Positions 55,413-64,000 of a stretch of 64,000 bases of DNA are shown here, in pieces. The position numbers were made by a program, and so were the translations under genes. Source of the stretch: Fibrobacterota bacterium. Its GTDB lineage: Bacteria; Fibrobacterota; Fibrobacteria; UBA11236; JADFYW01. The stretch spans positions 1,828-65,827 of the forward strand of contig JBHPJW010000006.1 in assembly GCA_042567505.1 (NCBI GenBank), written 5' to 3'. The stretch's first letter is position 1. Every line of letters starts with the position of its first letter. The notes below the pieces were generated by a model. That model did not search any database and was not told where the DNA came from. It saw nothing but the letters and a program-made list of their open reading frames with translations.

Positions 55413-57401
55413 ATGGGTTTTAGAAAATTAAGTGAATCTGAGATTACTTCCCTAACCCAGCAGGGTTGCCGGGCAGAGAGCTGGGACAAGGTCCAGGTGG
55501 CAGACGGCTTCAATACCGAAAGGGTGTACAATGTGAGTTTCGCCGGAGAGGTGAGTCTGGGAGTATTTGATTCAGACGTGTCCTTTCCCTGCGGAATGAA
55601 AAAGCCCTGTGGAGTATACAACAGCAGCATTTATAACAGTGCCATTGGCGATAACGCCTACATTTCAGAGGTAAAAAACCTGGCCAATTACGATATTAAT
55701 AAAAACGCGGTCATAGAAAATGTGGCCAGCATGATAGTAAAAGGCGAAACCGCTTTTGGGAATGGCACAGAACTCGAGATATTGAACGAGGGCGGCGGAA
55801 GAGACCTTAAAATATATGACAAACTCACTTCCCAGATAGCTTATATGATGGTCATGTACCGTCATGATTCAAGTCTGATAGACAACCTCAATAAAATGAT
55901 AGATGAATATGTGGATTCAGTGAAGTCCACCCGGGGACTTGTTGATGAAAATGCCAGAGTCCTGAACACGGGTGAAATCATAAACGTTAAGGTGGGTAGA
56001 AGCGCAACGATAGCGGGTTCCCTGCTCCTGGAAGAAGGCACTATAGTGAGTTGTCCCGAAGCCCCTTCGTTTGTAGGCGAAGGCGTGAGTGCGGAGAACT
56101 TTATAATCCATTCCGGGTCTAAAGTTGCTAATTCTGCCATATTATCTAATTGCTTTGTGGGACAGGGTGTAAAGATGGGTAAGCAGTACTCTGCTGAAAA
56201 TTCCACTTTTTTCGCCAATTGTGAGGGCTTTCATGGAGAGGCTTGCTCGCTTTTTGCCGGACCCTATACCGTTACCCACCACAAATCAACTCTGCTGATA
56301 GCGGTCATGCTTTCATTTTACAACGCGGGCAGCGGCAGCAACCAGAGCAATCACATGTATAAACTTGGCCCCGTGCACCAGGGAATAATGGAGCGCGGCT
56401 CTAAAACTGGTTCTTTTTCCTACCTGCTATGGCCCAACCATATAGGCCCGTTTACGGCAGTGATTGGAAAACACTATTCCAACATAGATACCCCGAACAT
56501 GCCTTTCTCTTATATTTTCGAAAAGGAAGGTAAGACCATGTTACGGCCGGCTTTGAACATGTTTACGGTTGGTACGCGCCGCGACAGCCGGAAATGGCCT
56601 GCCAGGGACAGGCGGGAAGACCCGGACAAGCTCGATTTGATCCATTTTAATCTGTTGAATCCCTTTATCATTCAGAAGATGATGGCCGGGATTGAAATAT
56701 TAAAAGATCTGGACGCCAAGGCCGGTGATGAGGCACTGGTGCCTTATAATGGTACGTTTATAAAACGGAAAGCCATTAAGGACAGCATCGAAAATTATGA
56801 AGCCGGTGTAAACATGTTCATCGGAGATTGTCTGCTTGCTCAGCTGGAGCAGTCCATGGCTGAGGGATCGTTTGAAAATGCCAAAATGAGTTTAAAACCC
56901 CAATGCGCTGCGGAAGCCAAATGGGTTGATCTGTTTGGCCTGCTGGCTCCTGCCAGCTCAGTCCAGTCTCTGCTGGCGGCAGTGGCAAGCGGTGAAGTAA
57001 AGGACATGGCTGAACTCAATAACAGGCTCAAGCAGCTATTTGAAAGCTATGGGGATGCTGAGTGGGCCATGTGTGCGCAAATAATCGAATCAAAACTTGA
57101 CATACAGATCACCGAGATCACCACTAAGCAGGTTTCAGGCCTGATTTCTGCCTGGAAAGAAAGTTATGTCAAGCTGAATAATAAAATCTTAAATGACGCT
57201 CAAAAAGAGTTCGACACAGACTCCATGATCGGATGCGGCATTGATGGAGATCAGGCGGTTAAGGTGGCGGATTTCGAAGCTGTGCGCGGAAAGTACGAAG
57301 ATGACAAATTCGTTAAAGAAGTGATGGCGGAATCAGACTCCATCAAGCAGCGTGCAGAAAAAATGCTGGATGCGTTATCACAGCAGGCTGTGGGAGTGTG
57401 A
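55413..57401 (+). CDS. large cytoplasmic protein with left-handed beta-helix-like repeats (possibly DUF4954 family)
   Basis: 662 aa, no signal peptide, repeated short hydrophobic-Gly hexapeptide-like segments; family name recalled from memory, low certainty. Confidence 0.4.
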   Translation: MGFRKLSESEITSLTQQGCRAESWDKVQVADGFNTERVYNVSFAGEVSLGVFDSDVSFPCGMKKPCGVYNSSIYNSAIGDNAYISEVKNLANYDINKNAVIENVASMIVKGETAFGNGTELEILNEGGGRDLKIYDKLTSQIAYMMVMYRHDSSLIDNLNKMIDEYVDSVKSTRGLVDENARVLNTGEIINVKVGRSATIAGSLLLEEGTIVSCPEAPSFVGEGVSAENFIIHSGSKVANSAILSNCFVGQGVKMGKQYSAENSTFFANCEGFHGEACSLFAGPYTVTHHKSTLLIAVMLSFYNAGSGSNQSNHMYKLGPVHQGIMERGSKTGSFSYLLWPNHIGPFTAVIGKHYSNIDTPNMPFSYIFEKEGKTMLRPALNMFTVGTRRDSRKWPARDRREDPDKLDLIHFNLLNPFIIQKMMAGIEILKDLDAKAGDEALVPYNGTFIKRKAIKDSIENYEAGVNMFIGDCLLAQLEQSMAEGSFENAKMSLKPQCAAEAKWVDLFGLLAPASSVQSLLAAVASGEVKDMAELNNRLKQLFESYGDAEWAMCAQIIESKLDIQITEITTKQVSGLISAWKESYVKLNNKILNDAQKEFDTDSMIGCGIDGDQAVKVADFEAVRGKYEDDKFVKEVMAESDSIKQRAEKMLDALSQQAVGV

Positions 57402-57454
57402 GTATCCCACTTGGGGAATAATCGCCAGGAAGATTACCCACATTCAACTGATGA

Positions 57455-57484
57455 TTTGTAACGGCGTGCAGATAGCACGCCGTT
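57455..57484. repeat. variant palindromic element (aacggcgtgc-agat-agcacgccgtt) between the convergent nagB-side gene and rplQ
   Basis: gtaacggcgtgcagatagcacgccgttac. Confidence 0.65.
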
Positions 57485-58286
57485 ACTTTTCTTTTTTATC
57501 TGAATCCGCGTCCGCCTTTTCCTTAACCTGACCGTCAGTTTTTTCTTCGGTCTTCGCTGCTTTTTTAGGCTTGGTCTCTTCCTCTTTCGCAGTTTTTTCA
57601 TCGGATGTTTTGGCGGGTTTTGCTGCTTTCGCTTCAGTCTTTTTTGTCGAATCAGGTTTAGCCTTCGGTGCCTTTTCTTCTGACTCAATTGGGTCAGGAT
57701 TTTCCTCTGATTTAGCCTGAGGAGCCTTTTTAGAGGCTTTGGGTGTATCAGAAGCTTTTTGTTTTACTGTTTTTGCTTGCTCAGAGTCCGCCTGGCCGCT
57801 CTCTTCAGCCTGCTTATTCTCATCCATTATTTTGTCAGCTTTAGTTTTTTTGGCCACAGGCTTCTTTTTCGGCTTGGATTTCTTCTTCGGTCTGGGCGTG
57901 ATTTCATCCTCCACCAGTGATATGATTGCCATTTCAGCATTGTCACCATGACGCCTGGAAGAGACTTTCAATATTCGGGTATACCCACCTTTGCGGTTCT
58001 GGTACCGATCGCCAAGAATGTCAAAAAGCCCCTGAAGGACATTTTTGTCTTTTATAAAACGGGCAGCCTGTCTTCTGGCAGAGAGGTCGCCTTTTTTTCC
58101 GTAGGTGATAAGCCTGTCAACAAGGCCCCTGACCGCTTTAGCCTTGGGAAGAGTGGTTTTTACCTGCCGTTGCAACTGCTCATCAACCAATCCTTTTAAA
58201 AGTATTGAAGTGGCAAGATTATTGAGCATGGCCCTGCGATGGTTTCTGTGCCGGCCCAGCTTAGCTGTTTTTACTCCGTGTCTCAT
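57483..58286 (-). CDS. rplQ: 50S ribosomal protein L17 with ~140-aa K/A/E-rich C-terminal extension
   Basis: L17 core MRHGVKTAKLGRHRNHRRAMLNNLATSIL...GGYTRILKVSSRRHGDNAEMAIISLVE followed by histone-H1-like low-complexity tail. Confidence 0.9.
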   Translation of the reverse strand: MRHGVKTAKLGRHRNHRRAMLNNLATSILLKGLVDEQLQRQVKTTLPKAKAVRGLVDRLITYGKKGDLSARRQAARFIKDKNVLQGLFDILGDRYQNRKGGYTRILKVSSRRHGDNAEMAIISLVEDEITPRPKKKSKPKKKPVAKKTKADKIMDENKQAEESGQADSEQAKTVKQKASDTPKASKKAPQAKSEENPDPIESEEKAPKAKPDSTKKTEAKAAKPAKTSDEKTAKEEETKPKKAAKTEEKTDGQVKEKADADSDKKEK

Positions 58287-58289
58287 GAT

Positions 58290-58385
58290 ATTTTAGTGGG
58301 GAGTTATGAGTGGGGAGCGGGGAGTTTTAACACTCCCTACTCATAACTCCCTACTCCCTACTCCTTACTTATAATTCCTAACTCC
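58290..58385. repeat. hairpin and heptad-repeat element between rpoA and rplQ
   Basis: gtggggagttatgagtggggagcggggagtt ttaacactccctactcataactccctactccctactcc: 19-bp inverted repeat plus (CTCCCTA) heptads. Confidence 0.7.
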
Positions 58386-58391
58386 TTTAAA

Positions 58392-59369
58392 CTAATTATT
58401 GCTCCCAAGCAAGTTTTCCACATCCATTCCAAAGTGAAGCCCCAGGTTAGCGAGCACTTCATTTAACTCAATCAGTGATTTTCGTCCGAAATTTTTATAC
58501 TTCAACATGTCCGATTCCGGGTTCTTTACCAGGTCGGCCAGGGTATGAATATTTGCTAGTCTCAGGCAATTACTGGAACGGACAGAAAGCTCCAGTTCAT
58601 CCACTCTCATTTTAAGCAGAGTCCTCAAGCGCTCTATTTCATCGTCTTTGATCTCTTCATGGGCAGATTCCAGCTCCCCTTCAAAATTGATAAAAATTTC
58701 CAGATGGTCCACCAGGAGTTTGGCTGTATACGCCAGCGCATCCTCGGGTTCCAGACTGCCGTCAGTCCATATTTCCATAATAAGAGAATTGAAATCAGTT
58801 CTCTGGCCCACCCTTGTGTCAGTGACTTCATACGCGACCTTGGTAACAGGAGAAAAATTAGCGTCAATGGGAATTACGTCAATGGGGTCTTCCTCCATTT
58901 TTAAGTCATCTGAGCTTACGTAACCTCTCCCGTCAGACACTTTCATCTCCATGGTCAAACTTCCATTTTCACTAAGAGTGGCGATATGCAAGTCAGGGTT
59001 TAATATTTCCACTTTGGGGTTGCTTTCTATGTTGGCCGCGGTAACGTCCCCTTCTCCTGAGACATCCAATTTCAGCGTAGTGTCATCGTCAGAAAGCAGC
59101 TTTAACCTCAGTTTCTTAATATTGAGGATTATTTCCGCCACATCTTCCTTAATACCCTCGAGAACGTCAAATTCATGGCTGATGCCTTCAATCCTGACAG
59201 ATACCACAGCTGCGCCCTGCAGACTTGATAGCAATACTCTGCGCAGAGCATTTCCGATGGTAATGCCCCATCCCCTTTCCATTGGTTCAATTACAAATTT
59301 TCCATGTTTAGTGTGGCTTCCTTCAGATTTAATTATGCCTTCCGGCATGGGGAGAGCTTTCCATTTCAT
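58392..59369 (-). CDS. rpoA: DNA-directed RNA polymerase subunit alpha
   Basis: Characteristic N-terminal domain (GWGITIGNALRRVLLSSLQGAAV) and C-terminal alpha-CTD. Confidence 0.95.
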   Translation of the reverse strand: MKWKALPMPEGIIKSEGSHTKHGKFVIEPMERGWGITIGNALRRVLLSSLQGAAVVSVRIEGISHEFDVLEGIKEDVAEIILNIKKLRLKLLSDDDTTLKLDVSGEGDVTAANIESNPKVEILNPDLHIATLSENGSLTMEMKVSDGRGYVSSDDLKMEEDPIDVIPIDANFSPVTKVAYEVTDTRVGQRTDFNSLIMEIWTDGSLEPEDALAYTAKLLVDHLEIFINFEGELESAHEEIKDDEIERLRTLLKMRVDELELSVRSSNCLRLANIHTLADLVKNPESDMLKYKNFGRKSLIELNEVLANLGLHFGMDVENLLGSNN

Positions 59370-59404
59370 ATTTTACAAACTCCGGTTGTTGTTACGACTT
59401 TGGT

Positions 59405-59989
59405 TTATACTCTGCGTTTCTTTTTCGGCCGGCATCCGTTGTGGGGCATACCGGTCACATCTTTGATGGATAGAACCTCCATTCCGGCTGATTTTAAGGA
59501 CCGTACGGCCGATTCTCGTCCAGCCCCTGCGCCTTTTACGGTTACATCCAATCTTCGCACCCCCATGTCCATGGCAGCCCGGGCCGCTGATTCACCTGCC
59601 AGCTGGGCTGCAAAAGGAGTGCTTTTACGTGATCCTTTCACACCGGTCTTACCTCCTGTACCCCAGGAAAGAACTCCGCCGTTGCTGTCAGTAATAGTTA
59701 CCACAGTATTATTGAAAGTGGCCTTAATCATGCACCTACCGTTAATATCAGCCCTTTTTTTACCTTTTTTTACTTTAATTTTCTTTTCAGGTTCGGAGGC
59801 GGCTTCTTTGCCCTCCCCAGTCTGCTGCTCAGATTCAGGCGTTGCCGTGGAATCAGATTTCTGTTTGGTCTCTGGCTTCTGATTAGTGCCAGATTCCTGC
59901 TTGGAGTCAGGTTTTTGTTTAGATACAGAATCCTGCTTATCACCAGATTGCTCTTTTTCTGAAGCAGCGTTTTTACTCTCGTCAGCCAT
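59405..59989 (-). CDS. rpsK: 30S ribosomal protein S11 with ~60-aa K/Q/S/E-rich N-terminal extension
   Basis: S11 core [12 protein letters not shown]...[13 protein letters not shown]...[14 protein letters not shown]; the only in-frame Met lies upstream of the low-complexity extension. Confidence 0.9.
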   Translation of the reverse strand: MADESKNAASEKEQSGDKQDSVSKQKPDSKQESGTNQKPETKQKSDSTATPESEQQTGEGKEAASEPEKKIKVKKGKKRADINGRCMIKATFNNTVVTITDSNGGVLSWGTGGKTGVKGSRKSTPFAAQLAGESAARAAMDMGVRRLDVTVKGAGAGRESAVRSLKSAGMEVLSIKDVTGMPHNGCRPKKKRRV

Positions 59990-59998
59990 GTTCGTCCT

Positions 59999-60376
59999 CT
60001 ATTTTGTCTCTTTTTTCTTACCCGCGACGGTTTTTCTGGGGCCCTTCCTAGTTCTGGAATTGGTCTGGGTGTTCTGTCCTCTTACGGGCAGGCCCCTTCG
60101 GTGTCGAATACCGCGGTAACATCCAATTTCCGATAAGCGCTTGATGTTCATAGCTATCTGCGTACGAAGGTCGCCTTCGGTTAAGTATTCCTTTTCAATA
60201 ATCTTACGAAGTTTACCAATATCATCAGAAGACAGGTCCCCGATTTTTTGATTTGGATCGATTTCCGCCTTCGTAAGTATTTCCATGGATTTTGAACGGC
60301 CCAAGCCGAACATATAGGTCAAACCTATTTCGCTTCTTTTATTATTTGGCAGATCAACGCCGGCAATACGCACCAT
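59999..60376 (-). CDS. rpsM: 30S ribosomal protein S13
   Basis: [26 protein letters not shown]... Confidence 0.95.
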   Translation of the reverse strand: MVRIAGVDLPNNKRSEIGLTYMFGLGRSKSMEILTKAEIDPNQKIGDLSSDDIGKLRKIIEKEYLTEGDLRTQIAMNIKRLSEIGCYRGIRHRRGLPVRGQNTQTNSRTRKGPRKTVAGKKKETK

Positions 60377-60382
60377 AGTATT

Positions 60383-60499
60383 CTATCCCTGTCTTTGTTT
60401 GTGGCGTGGGTTTTTTTTGCAGGATACCCGAACTACGCCTTTTCTACGAAAAACCCTGCAATTATCGCATCTTTTTCTCACTGAAGCTCTAACTCTCAT
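60383..60499 (-). CDS. rpmJ: 50S ribosomal protein L36 (missed by the >=60-aa ORF track)
   Basis: Reverse-strand translation [38 protein letters not shown] ; located between infA and rpsM as usual. Confidence 0.85.
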   Translation of the reverse strand: MRVRASVRKRCDNCRVFRRKGVVRVSCKKNPRHKQRQG

Positions 60500-60505
60500 A
60501 ACTCC

Positions 60506-60724
60506 TCACTTATGCCTGTATGTAATTCTTCCCCGGGTTAAATCATAAGGTGACAATTCTACTAAAACTCTGTCATCCGGTAAAATCCTTATATAATGTT
60601 TCCTCATTGTCCCTGAAATGTGGCCAAGGACGACATGGCCGTTATCCAATTCCACTTTAAACGTTGCATTGGGCAATGCCGCTATCACCTTACCTTCAAC
60701 CTGTATACCGTCTTCCTTAGCCAT
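60506..60724 (-). CDS. infA: translation initiation factor IF-1
   Basis: S1-like OB fold; [30 protein letters not shown]. Confidence 0.95.
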   Translation of the reverse strand: MAKEDGIQVEGKVIAALPNATFKVELDNGHVVLGHISGTMRKHYIRILPDDRVLVELSPYDLTRGRITYRHK

Positions 60725-62052
60725 TAATACCTTCTTCTCCCTTTTATTTTTCCCTTTCTCATAAAACCGTCATAATTCTGTTCCTGAAGACGTGCCTGGA
60801 GTTGACGAAGTGTTTCCAGAGCAACCCCAATACAGATAAGCACGCTTGTGCCGCCAATGTAGAAGGACATCTGAAGTTTATCTTTGAGATAAAAAGGCCC
60901 AACGCTGATGAAAGCTAAAAAAATGGCGCAAGTCAGAGTTACACGAGTCAATATTGAATCGATAAATTCCGCCGTTCTTCTTCCCGGGCGTATCCCTGGA
61001 ATAAAACCCCCTGATTTTTTCAAATTTTCGGCGATATCATTTGGATTATACTGGATGGCTGTATAGAAGTAGGTAAAAAAGACTATTAATACCACATAGA
61101 CGATAGAGTAGCCCCATTCTCCGGGCAACATACTGCGTCCTATGGCTTGTCCAGTTTGCCAGTTGGGAAAAAATGATACTAATTGTGCGGGCAGAAACAT
61201 TATAGCGGAAGCGAAAATAACAGGCATTACTCCTGCGGTGTTCACTTTCAGAGGCAAGAAGCTGGACTGGCCCCCCATGACTTTTCTTCCCACCACCCGG
61301 CGGGGACTCTGAATCGGGATTCTACGATACCCCTGATCGATATAGATTATGAACATGATAATGGCCACAACTACTCCGACAATTATCATTTCCATTGCCA
61401 GGGAATGCTCCTGATTTACGAACATCTCAAATTCATTTAAAACCGCGACAGGTACCCTGGCGATAATTCCGATAAAAATTATCAGAGAAATCCCATTTCC
61501 TATGCCCCTGGCGGTGATTTGCTCCCCAAGCCACATGATGAAAATTGTCCCTGTGGTCAGCGTAAGGGTGGTCAAGGCTATAAAAGGTAGTCTTCCGATT
61601 CCTTCTATCACCAGAGTTTGACCGGAGGGAGACTGCTGGCTGTACAGCCAGCTGCTGATTCCAATGGATTGTACGGCGCTGATGAAGATGGTAAGGTAAC
61701 GAGTCCACTGGGTGAGCTTGGCACGGCCTTCCGTGCCCTGTTTCTGCAGTTCCGCGATTCTGGGAACCACTGTACCCATAAGCTGGATTATAATGGAGGC
61801 AGTAATGTACGGCATGATGCCCAGCGAAAAGATAGCCGCCCGGGAAAGCGCCCCACCTACAAATGTATTATAAAGGCTGAAGATGTTGTTAACATCCGTG
61901 CTGAAAAACTCTGAGATGGCATTAGCGTTAACTCCTGGAACAGGAATGAAACCTCCCAACCGGTAAATGAACAGAATGAACAGGGTAAAAAGAACCCGGT
62001 CTCGCAGGTCCTTTATTTTGAAAATGTTGGCAAAACCGCTAACTGCCTGCAA
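60724..62052 (-). CDS. secY: preprotein translocase subunit SecY
   Basis: 10-TM protein with conserved SecY segments ([11 protein letters not shown]...; [12 protein letters not shown]). Confidence 0.95.
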   Translation of the reverse strand: MQAVSGFANIFKIKDLRDRVLFTLFILFIYRLGGFIPVPGVNANAISEFFSTDVNNIFSLYNTFVGGALSRAAIFSLGIMPYITASIIIQLMGTVVPRIAELQKQGTEGRAKLTQWTRYLTIFISAVQSIGISSWLYSQQSPSGQTLVIEGIGRLPFIALTTLTLTTGTIFIMWLGEQITARGIGNGISLIIFIGIIARVPVAVLNEFEMFVNQEHSLAMEMIIVGVVVAIIMFIIYIDQGYRRIPIQSPRRVVGRKVMGGQSSFLPLKVNTAGVMPVIFASAIMFLPAQLVSFFPNWQTGQAIGRSMLPGEWGYSIVYVVLIVFFTYFYTAIQYNPNDIAENLKKSGGFIPGIRPGRRTAEFIDSILTRVTLTCAIFLAFISVGPFYLKDKLQMSFYIGGTSVLICIGVALETLRQLQARLQEQNYDGFMRKGKIKGRRRY

Positions 62053-62490
62053 CTATGCGACCTCCGCCACACCGTTGGCGGCCTCAATAGCCTTTTTTGC
62101 CGAAGCGCTGTAGCAATTCACTTTTATTTTTAATGCTTTGGTTAGGGCGCCAGTACCCAGTACTTTCACAGGCTGGTCCGGCTTTTTAATCAATCCCACT
62201 GCTGCCAGCTCTTTATTAGTAACTTTACCATCACATTTTTTCTCAAGATCACTCAGGTTTACAATTTGAAACTGTTTCGGAGATCTTGAACGGAATCCCC
62301 GTTTGGGCAACCTTCTCTGCAGGGGCATCTGTCCGCCTTCAAAACTTACCGGCATTCCAGCGCCCTTTCTTGATCCCGCACCATCCTGGCCCCTGCCACT
62401 GGTTTTGCCCAGACCGGAACCCGGGCCACGACCTTTCCTTTTTCTGTTTCGTTTGGAGCCTGCTACAGGTTTTAAAGACGACAGGTTCAT
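62053..62490 (-). CDS. rplO: 50S ribosomal protein L15
   Basis: Gly/Arg-rich N-terminus KRKGRGPGSGLGKTSGRG. Confidence 0.9.
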   Translation of the reverse strand: MNLSSLKPVAGSKRNRKRKGRGPGSGLGKTSGRGQDGAGSRKGAGMPVSFEGGQMPLQRRLPKRGFRSRSPKQFQIVNLSDLEKKCDGKVTNKELAAVGLIKKPDQPVKVLGTGALTKALKIKVNCYSASAKKAIEAANGVAEVA

Positions 62491-62672
62491 GATAATTCCT
62501 CTACTGTTACCAGGTGCGCTACCACATCCAGCATTCCGGAAATGGCCGGTGATCTTTCCTTAATGACGCTTTTGCGTATACCCCGCAATCCCAGGGCCTT
62601 CAAGGTTGCTTTCTGCTTTTGAACCCGTCTGACACTGCTCCTAATCTGCGTTATTTTAATTTTATCAGCCAT
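62487..62672 (-). CDS. rpmD: 50S ribosomal protein L30
   Basis: MADKIKITQIRSSVRRVQKQKATLKALGLRG. Confidence 0.9.
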   Translation of the reverse strand: MADKIKITQIRSSVRRVQKQKATLKALGLRGIRKSVIKERSPAISGMLDVVAHLVTVEELS

Positions 62673-62699
62673 ACCTGAAGAACCTTACCATTGATGCGA

Positions 62700-63170
62700 T
62701 TATTCTCTGATACTGTCAAAAAAACTTTTTGCCTTCTGCTGCCTCAGTCCGGACAGGGTAGCTTTTACCACATTGCCCGGATTGGTTGAGCCAAAAACTT
62801 TGGTTAACACATTATGCACGCCTGCAAGTTCCAGAACGGCGCGCGCCGCGCCGCCCGCGATTACTCCTGTGCCCTGGGAAGCCGGGTGCAACATTATTTT
62901 CACCGCTCCGAAAGTCCCTATGACCGGATGGGGCAGGGTATTGTTTACCAGCACTACTTCCTCAATACTTTTGTGGGCGTTTTCCGTTCCCTTGCGTATA
63001 GCCTCGGAAACATCCTTGGCCTTACCGCTGCCGATCCCTACTTTCCCGTTCCCGTTCCCAACGATAACCAGAGAGCTGAATGAGAACCTGCGGCCGCCTT
63101 TAACGACTTTTGCACAACGGTTGATTGATACCACTCTTTCCTGAAATTCTAATTTCTCTTCAGTTTTCAA
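62700..63170 (-). CDS. rpsE: 30S ribosomal protein S5
   Basis: dsRBD-like N-domain and [23 protein letters not shown]. Confidence 0.95.
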   Translation of the reverse strand: MKTEEKLEFQERVVSINRCAKVVKGGRRFSFSSLVIVGNGNGKVGIGSGKAKDVSEAIRKGTENAHKSIEEVVLVNNTLPHPVIGTFGAVKIMLHPASQGTGVIAGGAARAVLELAGVHNVLTKVFGSTNPGNVVKATLSGLRQQKAKSFFDSIRE

Positions 63171-63183
63171 TTGAAACCTCTAT

Positions 63184-63555
63184 TTAAAACTTCAAACCAG
63201 CTTCCCGTGCAGAGTCTGCCAGAGCCTTGACTCTGCCGTGAAAAAGATAACCGCCCCGGTCGAAAACACATTGGGAAATGCCCTGATCCTTGGCTATGGA
63301 TCCTATTTTTTTACCAACTTCTCTGGAAATTTCAATTTTTGTTTTACCCTTTGCGATTTCCTTAAATTCACTGTTCTGGGAAGACACCTGCATCAGTGAT
63401 CGGCCGGATATATCATCAACCATCTGTGCGTATATATGGTTTAGGCTCCTGCGTACACACAGCCGGGGCCGCTCTCCGTTTCCAGAAAGAGACTTGCGGA
63501 CTCTTCTATGCCTTGATTTTCTTATTTTCAAGCGTACTTTAGCGATATCCGGCAT
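63184..63555 (-). CDS. rplR: 50S ribosomal protein L18
   Basis: RLKIRKSRHRRVRKSLSG...PRLCVRRSLNHIYAQ. Confidence 0.9.
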   Translation of the reverse strand: MPDIAKVRLKIRKSRHRRVRKSLSGNGERPRLCVRRSLNHIYAQMVDDISGRSLMQVSSQNSEFKEIAKGKTKIEISREVGKKIGSIAKDQGISQCVFDRGGYLFHGRVKALADSAREAGLKF

Positions 63556-63614
63556 TAATGCTCCTATTAATTAATCATGTCCTTTTTTGTTCTTTGATTG
63601 GATCTCGTTATCTC

Positions 63615-64000
63615 CTAGGATTTCTTAACTTCTTTTCTCCTTACATATTCATCGCTATACCGTATACCTTTTCCCTTATAGGGTTCAGGTTTTCTGAAAC
63701 CCCGGATGACAGCGGCAACCTGTCCAACCTTTTGCTTGTCAGGTCCAGAAACAGCTATCTTGTTGTTGCCCTCTACTTTTAAGGTAATGCCTTCGGGCGG
63801 TTCATAAGCAATAGGGTGAGAGTAACCAAGTAACAGGTTAATTCCCTTGCCCTTCTGTTCGGCCCGGTAACCTACGCCCACAATCTCCAATTGTTTGCGG
63901 AAACCCTCCGAGACTCCTTTGAGTATATTGGCTACAATGGCACGGTTGGTTCCATGAAGAGCTTTTTCTTCTTTAGTTTCCCCGTGGCGTGTGAAAGTCA
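63615..64000 (-). CDS. rplF: 50S ribosomal protein L6 (3' part; gene continues beyond the window end)
   Basis: C-terminal L6 sequence [57 protein letters not shown]; open frame to window edge. Confidence 0.85.
   Translation of the reverse strand, partial: TFTRHGETKEEKALHGTNRAIVANILKGVSEGFRKQLEIVGVGYRAEQKGKGINLLLGYSHPIAYEPPEGITLKVEGNNKIAVSGPDKQKVGQVAAVIRGFRKPEPYKGKGIRYSDEYVRRKEVKKS

Overview
This 64 kb window is a mixed housekeeping and cell-surface region of a bacterial genome, probably from an uncultivated lineage. The taxonomic guess is inference only: two proteins end in C-terminal domains that look like type IX secretion (T9SS) sorting signals, which would suggest an FCB-group relative.

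Order of features along the window:
- 1-8.1 kb: two hypothetical secreted proteins, then a five-gene peptide ABC importer (binding protein, two permeases, two ATPases) with a small lipoprotein gene inserted after the binding-protein gene.
- 8.1-14.4 kb: a hypothetical protein, the competence channel gene comEC, a secreted DUF1080-like protein with a T9SS-type C-terminal domain, a lipoprotein and a LysM/coiled-coil protein.
- 14.4-18.5 kb: tRNA-Asp and tRNA-Val, a small membrane protein, phoH, a cluster of small coiled-coil lipoproteins, and aspS.
- 18.6-25.1 kb: a 1906-aa modular surface protein (alternating Ig/FN3-like domain pairs, a duplicated N-terminal module, a C-terminal beta-propeller). 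An XRE-family regulator sits just upstream of it on the same strand, and a 123-bp tandem repeat array sits upstream of the regulator.
- 25.7-36.2 kb: a type IV pilus operon pilM-pilN-pilO-pilP-like-pilQ, in which the PilP-like protein is an unusual 546-aa fusion. Around it lies a c-di-GMP/two-component neighbourhood: a membrane PilZ protein, a split DUF3391/HDOD pair, a GAF-PAS histidine kinase and a lone FliN/SpoA-domain protein.
- 36.5-43.5 kb: an LptD-like outer-membrane protein, an orphan solute-binding protein, a Nudix hydrolase whose stop codon is followed in-frame by a T9SS-C-terminal-domain-like relic, and a LamG lipoprotein interrupted by one in-frame TAG.
- 43.6-52.5 kb: an HD-GYP phosphodiesterase, an M28 peptidase, a predicted inactive Ser/Thr pseudokinase with a tetratricopeptide-repeat (TPR) region, cca, rpmE, and prfA-prmC. 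The prfA gene appears to use a non-ATG start.
- 52.6-57.4 kb: tRNA-Ile and tRNA-Ala with no rRNA nearby, an AraC regulator, nagB and a large beta-helix-like protein.
- 57.5-64.0 kb: the ribosomal alpha/spc operon tail (rplQ, rpoA, rpsK, rpsM, rpmJ, infA, secY, rplO, rpmD, rpsE, rplR, rplF partial). rpsD is absent from its usual slot, and L17 and S11 carry long K/E/A-rich extensions.

Several families of short repeated elements fill the intergenic DNA and are the most unusual non-coding signal:
- a roughly 85-nt element built around CAGGAGTCAG heptads, present in at least three copies;
- other heptanucleotide arrays with an ACTCC/GGAGT core;
- a palindrome GGCGTGCC-GGC-GGCACGCC downstream of four + strand gene stops and once after tRNA-Ala.
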